Shown here one piece after another: positions 51,334 through 61,426 of a stretch of 64,000 nucleotides of DNA (position 1 is the first letter of the stretch; every line of letters begins with the position of its first letter). A model generated the notes under the pieces. It worked only from the letters and a program-made list of their open reading frames with translations. It ran no database searches and had not been told where the DNA came from. The position numbers and the translations under genes are program-made. Source of the DNA: Andalucia godoyi And28 (Eukaryota; Protista; Jakobida); contig VRVR01000055.1 of assembly GCA_009859145.1 (NCBI GenBank), positions 17,534-81,533 on the forward strand, read 5' to 3'.

Positions 51334-54300
51334 TCACGCGTGCAATTCATCCTCTTCTAGCAGACCGTCGTTCAGTGACTCGTGGCTAACTAGCTTCTCT
51401 CGCTTTCTCCGTCGTCGTCGAAAGTGAAGAATTAGCATCGCAATGACAATAGCCGAAAATCCAATGTTCAACAGAAAGACGAATATTCCTGCTCCAATGA
51501 CATCCTGCACGCCAAGAACTTGTGATTGCACAGAGCACACGAGATTCACAAGCAGAATACCAAGCGAGATGATCTCGAGGGAGTTCTCGACACTGCGATG
51601 ATACGGGGCTGCGACTGCCTGTGCAATTGTGGCAGACACCAAAACACTGGCAACCAACGTCGCGCGGTATTCGGAGAGTGGTGGAATGGTGACGTATGCA
51701 GAGACAAAGAAGACTCGCCGAATTGTCACGACGAGTTCCCACCATCGTCTATCCGGTCGATACGAGCCAAACAACAATGAGTAGACGAACATCCTACGTG
51801 TATCCGCTTTCGCATTCCTGGACAGTACACCACTGCGCCATACAAGGAATGACAAGACGCCCGGGACCACCAAACAGTAGATCACAAGAAGTACGGAAGA
51901 AGCAGCTCGCAATGTCGACGAGCACTGTTCGTTTGGATAGAATACGAGGTACGATTTGCCATCGCCTGCGTCCGTTGTGCATGACAGGGAGGCAAGAATA
52001 GCAGAGACCGCAGACATGAACAGAAACAGAAACAAGAAAATAGCAGATCGGCGACACCGGTCCATCCATTCGGATTTCATTGCAAGCGAAGATTGTCGCA
52101 GAAGAAATGCTCTCGCAGACCAAATGAGCACAACAAGACACGCTGCGATCACAGGAGCTGTCACCGAAAAGATGTAACCGGACATGTAATGCCAGGAGGT
52201 GAAGAAGCACTCTGGCCCGGCGATCGTCATTGTCGTCATGGATGACGCTCCATGCGTGACGAGGGACATTCCATCTGGCATGGGAGCTCGAATAAAGAAC
52301 AGCGCTTGCCAAAAGAACAGCAGCACCTTGACAAGCCCAGAAGAAGACGATCCAGACAAAAACGACCACACCACTAGTCCGATCACCGCGAGGGCTGTAA
52401 ACATCGCGAAAAACGTCAGACCAACCGAGTCCGGGCATTCTGCGCATCGGTCGCCACTGCGAAAATACCCTGACGAACAGGCGGAGCACAGACGTCCTTC
52501 ATACCCGGTCTTGCACGGTCCTCCTGGAGTTGCATCGCATGGCGTCAAATCTGTTCCAGCCAATGGGCAAATTTCGATAGTTTTCGGATAGGATACATTA
52601 TTCATCATCTGCAAGTACGTCACAGAGGGAGATGCATAGTATCCCTTTTGGGCAATAATATTCCCGCTATCTCGAAATGCAAGAGAGAGATTTCCGAATG
52701 GAATGGCAGCTTCACTGCTGTAAGAACATTCCGCATTCGACAAACATCGTGTGCAATTTGGAGGCTTGCCGTAGAAGCCCGGGCGGCACACACAGTTCTC
52801 GTAGTCGAAGAAAGCCGGATCAGCCTGGAATGCCAATCGGCCAATCTTTGCCTGCACGCACGACATGCTGGTGCTGTAAGGATAGTCGGTTGTGGGGTCG
52901 TATTGGAATTGCTTCCAGTTCGTATAGGAGATCTGTGATTTGCGAGCGTTGGAATTGTTGCGAATGTCAAATGACGATAACAATGGAAGAGAAAGTACCA
53001 TACCAAGACTTGTGGAAAGGTCGTTAGAAGAGACATCCAGATTGGAGAGGCCTGGAAGAAATGGGAGAAATGAAAACCAAGGAAGTGGTGGCCCACTGCA
53101 GATGCCTCTCGAAGTCTGGACTGACGTGGAAGGAAAGTGCGCTGGAAGTTTTGCATCTTTCAAAATCAAAGATGTCAATGAATATGCTGACGTGCTCGAA
53201 CACAGTTCGCAATACCTGTAATTAACAACTCCAGGTACGCCAGTAATTGTGTTGCCAGACAGGTCTACAGCCTGCAAATTTGCGACAACATCGATAACAG
53301 ATCCTGCTGGAGACAGGTAATTACATGCATACACAGGAAACGCATCCTTGAAGTGGTTGTATGCAAGGGAGAGAGAACGCAGAGAAGTCGCAGAGACAAA
53401 CACATTCACTGGAAACGTAGGACCCAGCATATTGTAGCTCAAGTCCAGTGACAGCAACGACGGAAATCCGGACATGCTTTCGAATGGAAATTGAGAAATG
53501 CGGTTGTTCGAAAGATCGAGTTGAATCATGGATACCGATGTGCAGTTCGGAAACGATGTGAAATTGTTGCTTCCCAAGAAAACAAATGATAATCCAAGTT
53601 GATCGCATAAGCACGACGGAATCACTCCTGCTAAAACATTTCCGTGTAAATTCAACGTTGTTAAGCTCTGGCCAAGAGATTCGCACTTCAAGGTTCCCAT
53701 AAGACGGTTTCCGTTCAGCAGAAGCTGCTGAAGATGCGACAACCTACCCAATGATTCTGGAATAGATCCCGTCAATTGATTGGATGCCAGGCTGAGCTGC
53801 TGAAGCTGTGACAGGCTACTTAGCGTCTCAGAAATCGAACCGATTAGCTGATTGGAATTCAAATAAAAGTGCCGAAGTTGTGATAGAGAGCCGAGTGACG
53901 CAGGAATTGTTCCTGTAAGCCGATTCGAATACAGATACAAATGGAGAAGCTGTGACAAATTACCCAAGGACTCGGGAATCGAGCCCGTCAGCTCATTCGA
54001 ATACATGTACAAGTACTGAAGATGTGACAGATTACCCAAAGACTCAGGAATCGAGCCAGTCAGGCAATTCGAAGACAGTGCCAATTCTTGAAGCTGCGAC
54101 AGGTTACCCAGTGAAGAAGGAATTAATCCACTCAACTCGTTCGAATATAATCCTAAGACCTGAAGTAGGAATAGATTGCCCAGTGAGGATGGAATCGATC
54201 CTGTCAGCTGGTTAGAATACAAATCCAATCTTAGAAGTTGTGATAGATTGCCTAACGAAAGAGGGATGGAGCCGCATAGCTGGTTGGAATACAAAAACAA

Positions 54301-55227
54301 TATTTGAAGCTCCGACAACTCGCCCAAGGTCGCCGGAATCGACCCCTTCAACTGATTCGAGGATAGATCCAACAATCGAAGCCGCAACAGATCACCGAGC
54401 GACGCTGGAATGGTGCCATTTAATTGATTTTCACTCAAACTGATGTTCACGATTCGTCCTGTTGAATCACAATCATAACCTCCAAGCGAAGGAGAACAGC
54501 ATGCCCAAGAGAAATTGAAAGGCAATGACCGGCCCCAGTTGATAGGCTGCCAGTTTGGTCCGTTAGTAGTCTTGTACAAGTCGGTGAGTGCCGCACAATC
54601 TGCCGCATACGACATCGAGGATGAACGGATCAATTCTTGAGAAATGCTCTTATTCGCACCTCGCAGTTTCAGAGAAGTGTATATCGGAGACTGACCGTGT
54701 ACCTGCTCGTGTCGATACAGATTTGTGAAAGGACGATCTTTGATGGTCTGTCGTCGAACAGCCTCGATAGGACGTAAATTACTGTGCACGGCGAACTCTT
54801 GAAACACGTTTTCCTTGTTTCGAACCCTGCCAGAATCCTGCTCAAACACCAAGCGTGACGCTGTATTCGGTTTCTCAGACGCAGTGAGATGCCATCCCGA
54901 ACTATGTCGAAACTGAAGAATCAGTCCTGCTACAAATCCGAGGACGCTCTCTTCCACTAAAGCAAGAGTCGATGATTCAAACTGTGATTCCAACGACGAC
55001 CACCACGTAGCATTTCCGACGGTTGTCTGAAGCAAGATTCGTGGGAAGTCCAATCCACGTAAGGAAAATCCAAAAGCTTCTTGGGAAATCTGTTTTGCGA
55101 CATCTCTAGGAAGTATTCCAATCTTCCCATTAAATTCGATGTTACTGGAAGTGCCACCGACATGCGCGGCGGCAGCAATGAAAAGCAGAGAAATGAGTGA
55201 CGAGAGAAGTTCGAGACACAGAAGCAT
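51334..55227 (-). CDS. LRR / Cys-rich / multi-TM receptor-like protein, copy 2 (intact, ~1297 aa)
   Basis: ATG at 55227, signal peptide, ~200-aa N-terminal domain, Cys cap (WACC...CDSTGRI), 11 plant-type 24-aa LRRs, further degenerate LRRs, Cys-rich stalk, ~9 hydrophobic segments with WWE..RR and PY...N..E..SL motifs. Confidence 0.9.
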   Translation of the reverse strand: MLLCLELLSSLISLLFIAAAAHVGGTSSNIEFNGKIGILPRDVAKQISQEAFGFSLRGLDFPRILLQTTVGNATWWSSLESQFESSTLALVEESVLGFVAGLILQFRHSSGWHLTASEKPNTASRLVFEQDSGRVRNKENVFQEFAVHSNLRPIEAVRRQTIKDRPFTNLYRHEQVHGQSPIYTSLKLRGANKSISQELIRSSSMSYAADCAALTDLYKTTNGPNWQPINWGRSLPFNFSWACCSPSLGGYDCDSTGRIVNISLSENQLNGTIPASLGDLLRLRLLDLSSNQLKGSIPATLGELSELQILFLYSNQLCGSIPLSLGNLSQLLRLDLYSNQLTGSIPSSLGNLFLLQVLGLYSNELSGLIPSSLGNLSQLQELALSSNCLTGSIPESLGNLSHLQYLYMYSNELTGSIPESLGNLSQLLHLYLYSNRLTGTIPASLGSLSQLRHFYLNSNQLIGSISETLSSLSQLQQLSLASNQLTGSIPESLGRLSHLQQLLLNGNRLMGTLKCESLGQSLTTLNLHGNVLAGVIPSCLCDQLGLSFVFLGSNNFTSFPNCTSVSMIQLDLSNNRISQFPFESMSGFPSLLSLDLSYNMLGPTFPVNVFVSATSLRSLSLAYNHFKDAFPVYACNYLSPAGSVIDVVANLQAVDLSGNTITGVPGVVNYRYCELCSSTSAYSLTSLILKDAKLPAHFPSTSVQTSRGICSGPPLPWFSFLPFLPGLSNLDVSSNDLSTSLGMVLSLPLLSSFDIRNNSNARKSQISYTNWKQFQYDPTTDYPYSTSMSCVQAKIGRLAFQADPAFFDYENCVCRPGFYGKPPNCTRCLSNAECSYSSEAAIPFGNLSLAFRDSGNIIAQKGYYASPSVTYLQMMNNVSYPKTIEICPLAGTDLTPCDATPGGPCKTGYEGRLCSACSSGYFRSGDRCAECPDSVGLTFFAMFTALAVIGLVVWSFLSGSSSSGLVKVLLFFWQALFFIRAPMPDGMSLVTHGASSMTTMTIAGPECFFTSWHYMSGYIFSVTAPVIAACLVVLIWSARAFLLRQSSLAMKSEWMDRCRRSAIFLFLFLFMSAVSAILASLSCTTDAGDGKSYLVFYPNEQCSSTLRAASSVLLVIYCLVVPGVLSFLVWRSGVLSRNAKADTRRMFVYSLLFGSYRPDRRWWELVVTIRRVFFVSAYVTIPPLSEYRATLVASVLVSATIAQAVAAPYHRSVENSLEIISLGILLVNLVCSVQSQVLGVQDVIGAGIFVFLLNIGFSAIVIAMLILHFRRRRRKREKLVSHESLNDGLLEEDELHA

Positions 55228-55633
55228 TTCTTGAAATGACAAATTGTTTGCATGCTACGTAACAGATGATATTTTTAAGAACTGGAAAAGAACAAAGGCA
55301 GCAGAAATCCAGCTAGGAATCGGTCAGGTTAATTTTCTGTTCCGCCAATTGGCATTGTGAAGCGCCTTCCGAAAAAAGACACGCAACAAAAACCGAAGTT
55401 TTGGCATCAAGTGATGCAGGTTGTCCAACGTGCAGGACAGCAGACCTACTTGCGATGCAGTGCACAACGTTTCTTCGTGCCACCTGGAAACCGTCGTTTG
55501 GAGTGCAAGAAACCGCGTTGCCGTTGAGGGATAGTCTGCGAAAACTTTGCGGACACACATTGCCCCTCCAGTTTGAAAGCAAAATCGTGCAAAGCACAAT
55601 CAATACTGCGTGATTCGCAGTCGCATTCCGCAT

Positions 55634-56449
55634 TTAGGACTCATCAGTCTCGGAATCCCGATGCTCTGGAGAAAGGAGAACTGTTTGTAGTCCGGAGCTC
55701 GGAGGCGCATCAAAGACAGATGAGTCTCTCCAGTACGTCGACGCAAGCTTCCTTTCAGAGACGATGACAAGACGATTGGGCCATATGATTTTGAAAATAT
55801 ACACTTGAAGCAAAATCGGATAGAGCTTGAGTCGGAGTACGATTGCAATCAGGAAAAAGAAGCGAAGGCCGACGGAATTTGCGTGACTCTGCAACCATCC
55901 AGAAAATTCGAATAACAGATTGATCACTGCTAAGACGAACATCAGAAGACATAGAGACAAATATGCAAATCTTAGTTGCCACAACTTCACGTGGTGATGA
56001 CGAACAGCGTAGTACCACAAAGCATCAACATACGCGAATGCGGCTGCTAAAAAGGAATATGTCAAAACAATAGCGACTTCATCAATGACCATAAAAGCCG
56101 GACTTCTCAAGATTCCGGAGAGCGGAAGAAAGGCAAGATCTACTCCACACAGCACAACAATCAGAACGATGTTGTATTTCACAAACCAAGAATGCAGATG
56201 GCCAACACCGTTGCGAGCGGCTTCACGCCCCCACACAACAAAAAGACACGTGAATAATGCGCAAAAACACACATAGAATGCGCCGAAAACGCTACCTGCA
56301 AGAAGAAACAAGGAATTGTCTTCTTCAGAACTTGGGAAAAGGATAACTAGCCCGTACAGCACTGCTCCAAGACAAAACAAAGCAAAACTACAAATGAAAA
56401 CTACGGAGCCTGAAGTGCTCCAAAATGATATTTTATTCAGCCTTTGCAT
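55634..56449 (-). CDS. polytopic (~6 TM) membrane protein, paralog B (271 aa)
   Basis: Hydrophobic segments; motifs shared with 30517-31365. Confidence 0.8.
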   Translation of the reverse strand: MQRLNKISFWSTSGSVVFICSFALFCLGAVLYGLVILFPSSEEDNSLFLLAGSVFGAFYVCFCALFTCLFVVWGREAARNGVGHLHSWFVKYNIVLIVVLCGVDLAFLPLSGILRSPAFMVIDEVAIVLTYSFLAAAFAYVDALWYYAVRHHHVKLWQLRFAYLSLCLLMFVLAVINLLFEFSGWLQSHANSVGLRFFFLIAIVLRLKLYPILLQVYIFKIIWPNRLVIVSERKLASTYWRDSSVFDAPPSSGLQTVLLSPEHRDSETDES

Positions 56450-56729
56450 TCAGGTTGTTTCATAGTCTCCAAAGAAATAAGCAAATGTCCATCTTCAAGT
56501 TTGTTTTCCACCCACTTGTCAATGCAAAAAGGAGGGATGGAAATCAAAGGTTCAAATAAGAGGAGTCCATGAAAACGGATACTCATAGCATCCGAGGGAA
56601 TCGGGAAATTTTCGAACTATGCTTTTCTCTCTTGGCCTCATTCCTGCTCGATTCTTCTTTTTCCCCATGTTTCCCCTTTTCTTTTCTATTTCCGTTCTTC
56701 TATCTCCCCCTTGTTAAACCACCAGTGCA

Positions 56730-58607
56730 ATGGATCCAAATCTTGAAAATCAGGAGCTTCGAGAGCAACTCAAGCAGGCCAAACGCGAGAAAGAGGTCGC
56801 TCAGGCAGCCTTTGAACACGAACGTCTTGAGAAAGAGAGAGAAAGACGAGAGAAAGAGAAAGAGCGCCAAGAAAAGGAGAGGGAGCGCCAAGAAAAGGAG
56901 ATAGCGCAACAAGAGACGGAGAGGGAAAGACAAGAAAAGCAGAGGTCGCAAATCAAGCAGCAGTGGCTGGCAGATGAACTGCAGAAATCAAGAATCGAAA
57001 CATTCCTCATCGGGCTCTCGCGAGACCTGTTGGCTGTCGGATCATCTTCACGCAGTCGGGGAACAAATCTATGCACCTCAAGGGCCACTCTTCAGCAGCT
57101 CTTCGCCTTTGTTCAGTGTTCTCTTTTGCATTGGAATGATTTCCAAGCACTCTGGAATGACACCGTAGGAAGTTTATCTCTTGACTGTCCTGAGCCACCG
57201 CTGCAGGATCAATTTCGCTTGTTTTTCACTCGGTTTCTTTCCAAACACGGCGATGTGCACATGGTCGATTTTTCGAGAAGCGGTCTGTATGGACTGATCC
57301 AGCGTGTGGACTTGCTGTTTTGCCGAGGACGGTTTGCTACGCGATTGGCCACGTACTTTCAAGCGTGCCTTGTGGGAGAGCTCAAAGGATCTAGCGGCGA
57401 ACATGCCGAGGAGAAGTTGGAGGAGGCTGTTCGGCAAGTGTACCAACGCTTTGCTCACATGGTCGAAGAGTGTGGGATACGCCGGCGTTCGTACTGGGGA
57501 TTTGCCTGCAATCGCACGTCTATCGTCTTCCTGCATCTGCGCATTCTGCCGACTAGCAACGGCTGGGACTATGATTTGATGCAAACAAATCCTGTTGCAC
57601 TGGACACCGAGGGTTTGTACGCGCTGTGCACGTTGTTGTCGTTTGACTCTCACACACTGTGTTCCTGGGACGGAGAAGCTCCGCTCGTCGTGTCCGCTGC
57701 ATCATCTCCAATTGTTTCTTCATTACGAATTGCACATCAAGTTGAGCTTACCGGAATGCTACAGCGTGGACCTGTACATGATGTGGGAGAACCGGAAGCA
57801 GTCGAGGTTGCGACAGGTGTGGTGGATCAGACGACTCCAGTTGTCGTGAAGAGCTTTCCCCCTTCGAAGCTGGGTGATATGGAAATAGAACGAAGTGTGT
57901 TAGTAGAACTTTCTACAATCGACTGGGGCGATCGCAAGTACTGGGTGCCGTCCCTTGTGCTCGCCGAGCAGTCCGAGCGTGGCGGTGTTCTATGCACCGC
58001 TCCTGTGGGAAATCCTCTGCCACTTGCATCGTGCTTTGCAGAGCGTATGGTTCCTTATTGCACGGAGCTTCTTCTTCAGCTGACGTCCATCGTGACGAAT
58101 TGCCAAGAGAAGGGCATCTACCACATGGACATTTGTCCTCAGAACATCGTCCTTCTGAGCGAGCCTCTCAACGAATTTCTGTTCCCAGTATGCTTGATTG
58201 ATTGGGGCGGTGCTTCGTTTATGCAAAAGCGAAATGACGAGTTTCACTACCATTCTGCGTTCTCGCCCCATTGGCTGGATGCAGTGACGTCGTTGGCCGA
58301 TCTGTCTGATGGCGAGCGACTGCAGGTCTGCTTGCAACAAGCCATTCTGACGACAATGTACATTGCATTCGGCGACGTGCTCTCGTGGTTACCGCCAATG
58401 GCCATTGTTCTTGATAAGAAGAAGAATCTGCAACAAGACTCTCATACGCACGTGCTGACGAAACACGACCTCTTTGAGATTCGAAGAGAAATCATCGGCA
58501 ATCTGTTGAATGCGCCGCTCCATCCGCCGTTGTTGGCTCCAAACTCGTCGTTCTCGTGTTCACACGCTCCTCGAGGCTCGTATGCACCTGTCTCGTCGTT
58601 GTACTGA
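56730..58607 (+). CDS. CR effector (coiled-coil + nuclease + kinase), copy 7, with replaced C-terminus (625 aa)
   Basis: Nuclease and kinase motifs intact. Homology to copies 5 and 6 stops at ~58537, and the last ~23 codons are read from the antisense strand of the neighbouring gene. Confidence 0.8.
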   Translation: MDPNLENQELREQLKQAKREKEVAQAAFEHERLEKERERREKEKERQEKERERQEKEIAQQETERERQEKQRSQIKQQWLADELQKSRIETFLIGLSRDLLAVGSSSRSRGTNLCTSRATLQQLFAFVQCSLLHWNDFQALWNDTVGSLSLDCPEPPLQDQFRLFFTRFLSKHGDVHMVDFSRSGLYGLIQRVDLLFCRGRFATRLATYFQACLVGELKGSSGEHAEEKLEEAVRQVYQRFAHMVEECGIRRRSYWGFACNRTSIVFLHLRILPTSNGWDYDLMQTNPVALDTEGLYALCTLLSFDSHTLCSWDGEAPLVVSAASSPIVSSLRIAHQVELTGMLQRGPVHDVGEPEAVEVATGVVDQTTPVVVKSFPPSKLGDMEIERSVLVELSTIDWGDRKYWVPSLVLAEQSERGGVLCTAPVGNPLPLASCFAERMVPYCTELLLQLTSIVTNCQEKGIYHMDICPQNIVLLSEPLNEFLFPVCLIDWGGASFMQKRNDEFHYHSAFSPHWLDAVTSLADLSDGERLQVCLQQAILTTMYIAFGDVLSWLPPMAIVLDKKKNLQQDSHTHVLTKHDLFEIRREIIGNLLNAPLHPPLLAPNSSFSCSHAPRGSYAPVSSLY

Positions 58608-59293
58608 ATGGCGGGCACGAAACCGGTCTTGACGCGACATAATTTCTCGAATTTTGCACTTACATCTGGATCAATCACCAGTCGTTCATTCGCATTGTGC
58701 CCTGGTCCGAAGTACGGAAGCATCGAAGGGTGGAGAATATCTCTTACATGTTGTTCGGATCCAGGATGATAATCAACGATCGGCTGCGCATTCTCGTAGC
58801 GGTCGATTGCAGCGTTCATTGACGACATCTCAGCCGGAGCGAACGCATTGCCGACGTTCGCAGTGCTTTCCGGCGAATTCAAGATGTAGATCGAATCGCT
58901 GGGTAGATCCTCCTGATCCTTTTCGTACTCGACAACAGAGAGAGTTGCAAGTCCATCTTCGTATCCTTTCAAAGCATTCCACAATGGCAAGCCGTGCTTG
59001 GCATTTGCAATGTAAAATTCGTCATACGGCATGCTGTCCCAGCCTCTTTCAATTAGCGCTTTCAAGCATTCTTTGTCAAAACGGAAAACAAATGAATCAT
59101 CGTCGCTGGTTCCTTCTCCATTAAGAGCCTCAAGGGCTGCGCTGGGGGATCCATGCTTCTTGATACGAGAACTCACAGACGCAGTGAGCCGCTTCGCGTA
59201 CCCCGCGCCGCATATCAAATTGCGCACAAGTTCATTGGCTGGAAGAAAAGTCCCGAAGTCGGAAGCAGCGAATCCCGCTGAGATGTGGATCAC
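58538..59293 (-). pseudogene. 3'-truncated DUF4246-like gene
   Basis: DYHPGSEQHVRDILHPSMLPY resembles the DWHPGS..V.DLVHPSL motif I recall for DUF4246. After ENDEFG the ORF runs into CR copy 7 antisense sequence. The start is uncertain: no ATG, and a ttaac..tag acceptor-like site lies just upstream. Confidence 0.55.
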
Positions 59294-61426
59294 ATTTTTC
59301 TAGCAGTTAATAAAACTGACAGAGGCCAGTTGTGAAGAAATGTCCGAAGATTAAATGCAGTAGAAGGGCGTAAGTGCAATATGAAACGGAAATGTATTTG
59401 CTCGCAGCAACTAAAGTTCAGTGCAGTCGCTGCTGATGAGACAGAAGGCAGGATTTCCTGTTTCAATTGTTTCTACAATTGCATTTTCTCTCTCGACGTT
59501 GATGCAGTCCAGTCCGTCTGCTTGCGTGGTGACTCAAAGGCTAATGTCTCAGCATTCCAGTACTCCGTTGCTCTCGTGCGCATGGGCCCATAACAGGGTA
59601 GCTTCACGTTTGCCGTATTTCAATTCAACTACCCATCGTCTTCTTGGTTCGAAGTGCACTTTTGGCCGTTTTCGTTTGGGGCTCAATTTCAAACATTCTC
59701 CTTTCTTTCGGACACTTCTTTCATGACGGCTTTGTTAAAAACATAACGGTCTCTGAACGTGTTCTCCAAGGTATCGTCAAAAAGAGTACTGTCTGCGACT
59801 GTGCCACTCCCTTCTACCATCGACGGTGAAACACAACTCCTTCGCTTGTACCTGTTGCAGGTAATGATAGTTTGATCTCTGTGAGTGGGAATATCGGAAA
59901 TTCCCAAGGAATGCGCGTCTTTACTACAATTCATCTGCATTTTCGATCGTTTGGAGCTGGTCTTTGCTTGCAAATCTTTCGAGTGCCGTGCTGTGAAAAG
60001 TATTCTGTTGGATCAGACACGCGTTTTCCAACAGCTGTGTAGTCTATCTTGCAGTAATGGATTTTACTGTCCATTTACTGCATCTCGTATGTTCTTGGAA
60101 TGTTTGCACTTTGTGTAGTCTTGGTATATACCGTAACAAGGATACTGCTCTTTCTTCGCAAGGCCAGTACGATTCTCCGTCCCGGGTGGATATTGACGCA
60201 CTCCAGATCACTGTTTTGGGATTGGCTGCGCTTGGGGTTTTGTTTTGCTGTTTGACTCGTAAAAATTAATTTGTTTGGCTTCGGATTAAACAGCTTCCTT
60301 TTAAACAGAAAAGAATCCTGCAAACTGTGCAGGATGAGTTGCCTGGCGTTATTTCCAAGGTTCCGGAACGTGCGTCTCTATTGGAAATTACAGCACGCGA
60401 ACGCGGCCAGGTAGTCAATGGAAGCTATTTCAAAATGGAGGGAAATGAAGGGACAGATGCGACGACATTTGAAGCTGCTCCTGAAACGGAATAGTTGTTC
60501 TTCGTGGAAACACTGGATGCAGATGTTCGACGCTGCTGATGCGAACTCGCTGTGTAACGCCTTAAGAATCGTCGTGGCTTTCGAGGACGTCCAAAGGACC
60601 CCTTATCTGTTTGCGGATTGCTCATTTCACTGGGTCTACTCGCACTTGCCTGTTATGAACTGGACAGGTTTTCATTTTCCAATCCAAACTGAAGAATCTT
60701 CATTTTCCCTTTTCTTTTGTGTTAATAACTGCTTCTTTAAATTCGGCTTTCCGTCCTCATTTTCGGTGTAATGGGTATTTCTCTGATAAATACAGCGATT
60801 CTTGGCGTCGCTTCAAAGTAAATATCACTATGGTGATTCACAGCATGTTCTGTGTGAAATGGCCGAGTATCCGGGCCTCCGGACAAAGCCATATGTTGCC
60901 ACATCTATCATCGAATAATAAGAACAGACAGGGATCTAGAAGAGGAAAACGACGTCTTTGTTTCAAAAGTAGCTTAAAACTTTAAAGATTGGACCTCAAT
61001 TGCAAATTATCATCCGGACGTTACTTCCAAACAATTCGGTAAGCTGCGAGACAGCAAGACAGAATAACAGCTTCCACTGCCAAAGAAATGAGATGCAACC
61101 ACTTAAATTTTCCAAGGAAAGAGTTTCACAACAAAGGATCAAAACCAAGGAAACCTCGAAGTAAGTTTTATCATTTTCTCCTTTTTATCCATGGTGAGGA
61201 TGCTTTCGCATATCTCATTCGAAGACTGTCGGACAGAAGATGAAGAGAAGGCCGAGCAGGTCATCTCAAACAGCAAACTTCACGATTGAGTAACAAGAAT
61301 AGGACCCGACAGGTGAGCCGCCGGTGGCAAATTCTAAAGAGCGCGTATCCACACACGGTGACAGGAACTCGTGATTTCAGGTCGAAAACCAGATTGACTA
61401 GCTGAACACGGGGCATGTGAACGATT

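Noticed and set aside
1785-53156. Long antisense/overlapping ORFs in the track (e.g. 1785-2507, 27008-27718, 33889-34785, 38090-38842, 48869-49846, 51794-52489)
   Set aside because: Shadow frames of well-supported genes on the same or opposite strand, with no independent motifs.
47530-54420. Periodic DNA in the Cys-rich and LRR genes as CRISPR-like or satellite arrays
   Set aside because: The periodicity is fully explained by protein repeats (72-bp LRRs, GCC2/3 units); there is no repeat-spacer structure.
59300-61420. Short ORFs (59421-59726, 60057-60269, 60418-60771) as a spliced or decayed membrane-protein gene
   Set aside because: No consistent frame, splice model or homology within the window.
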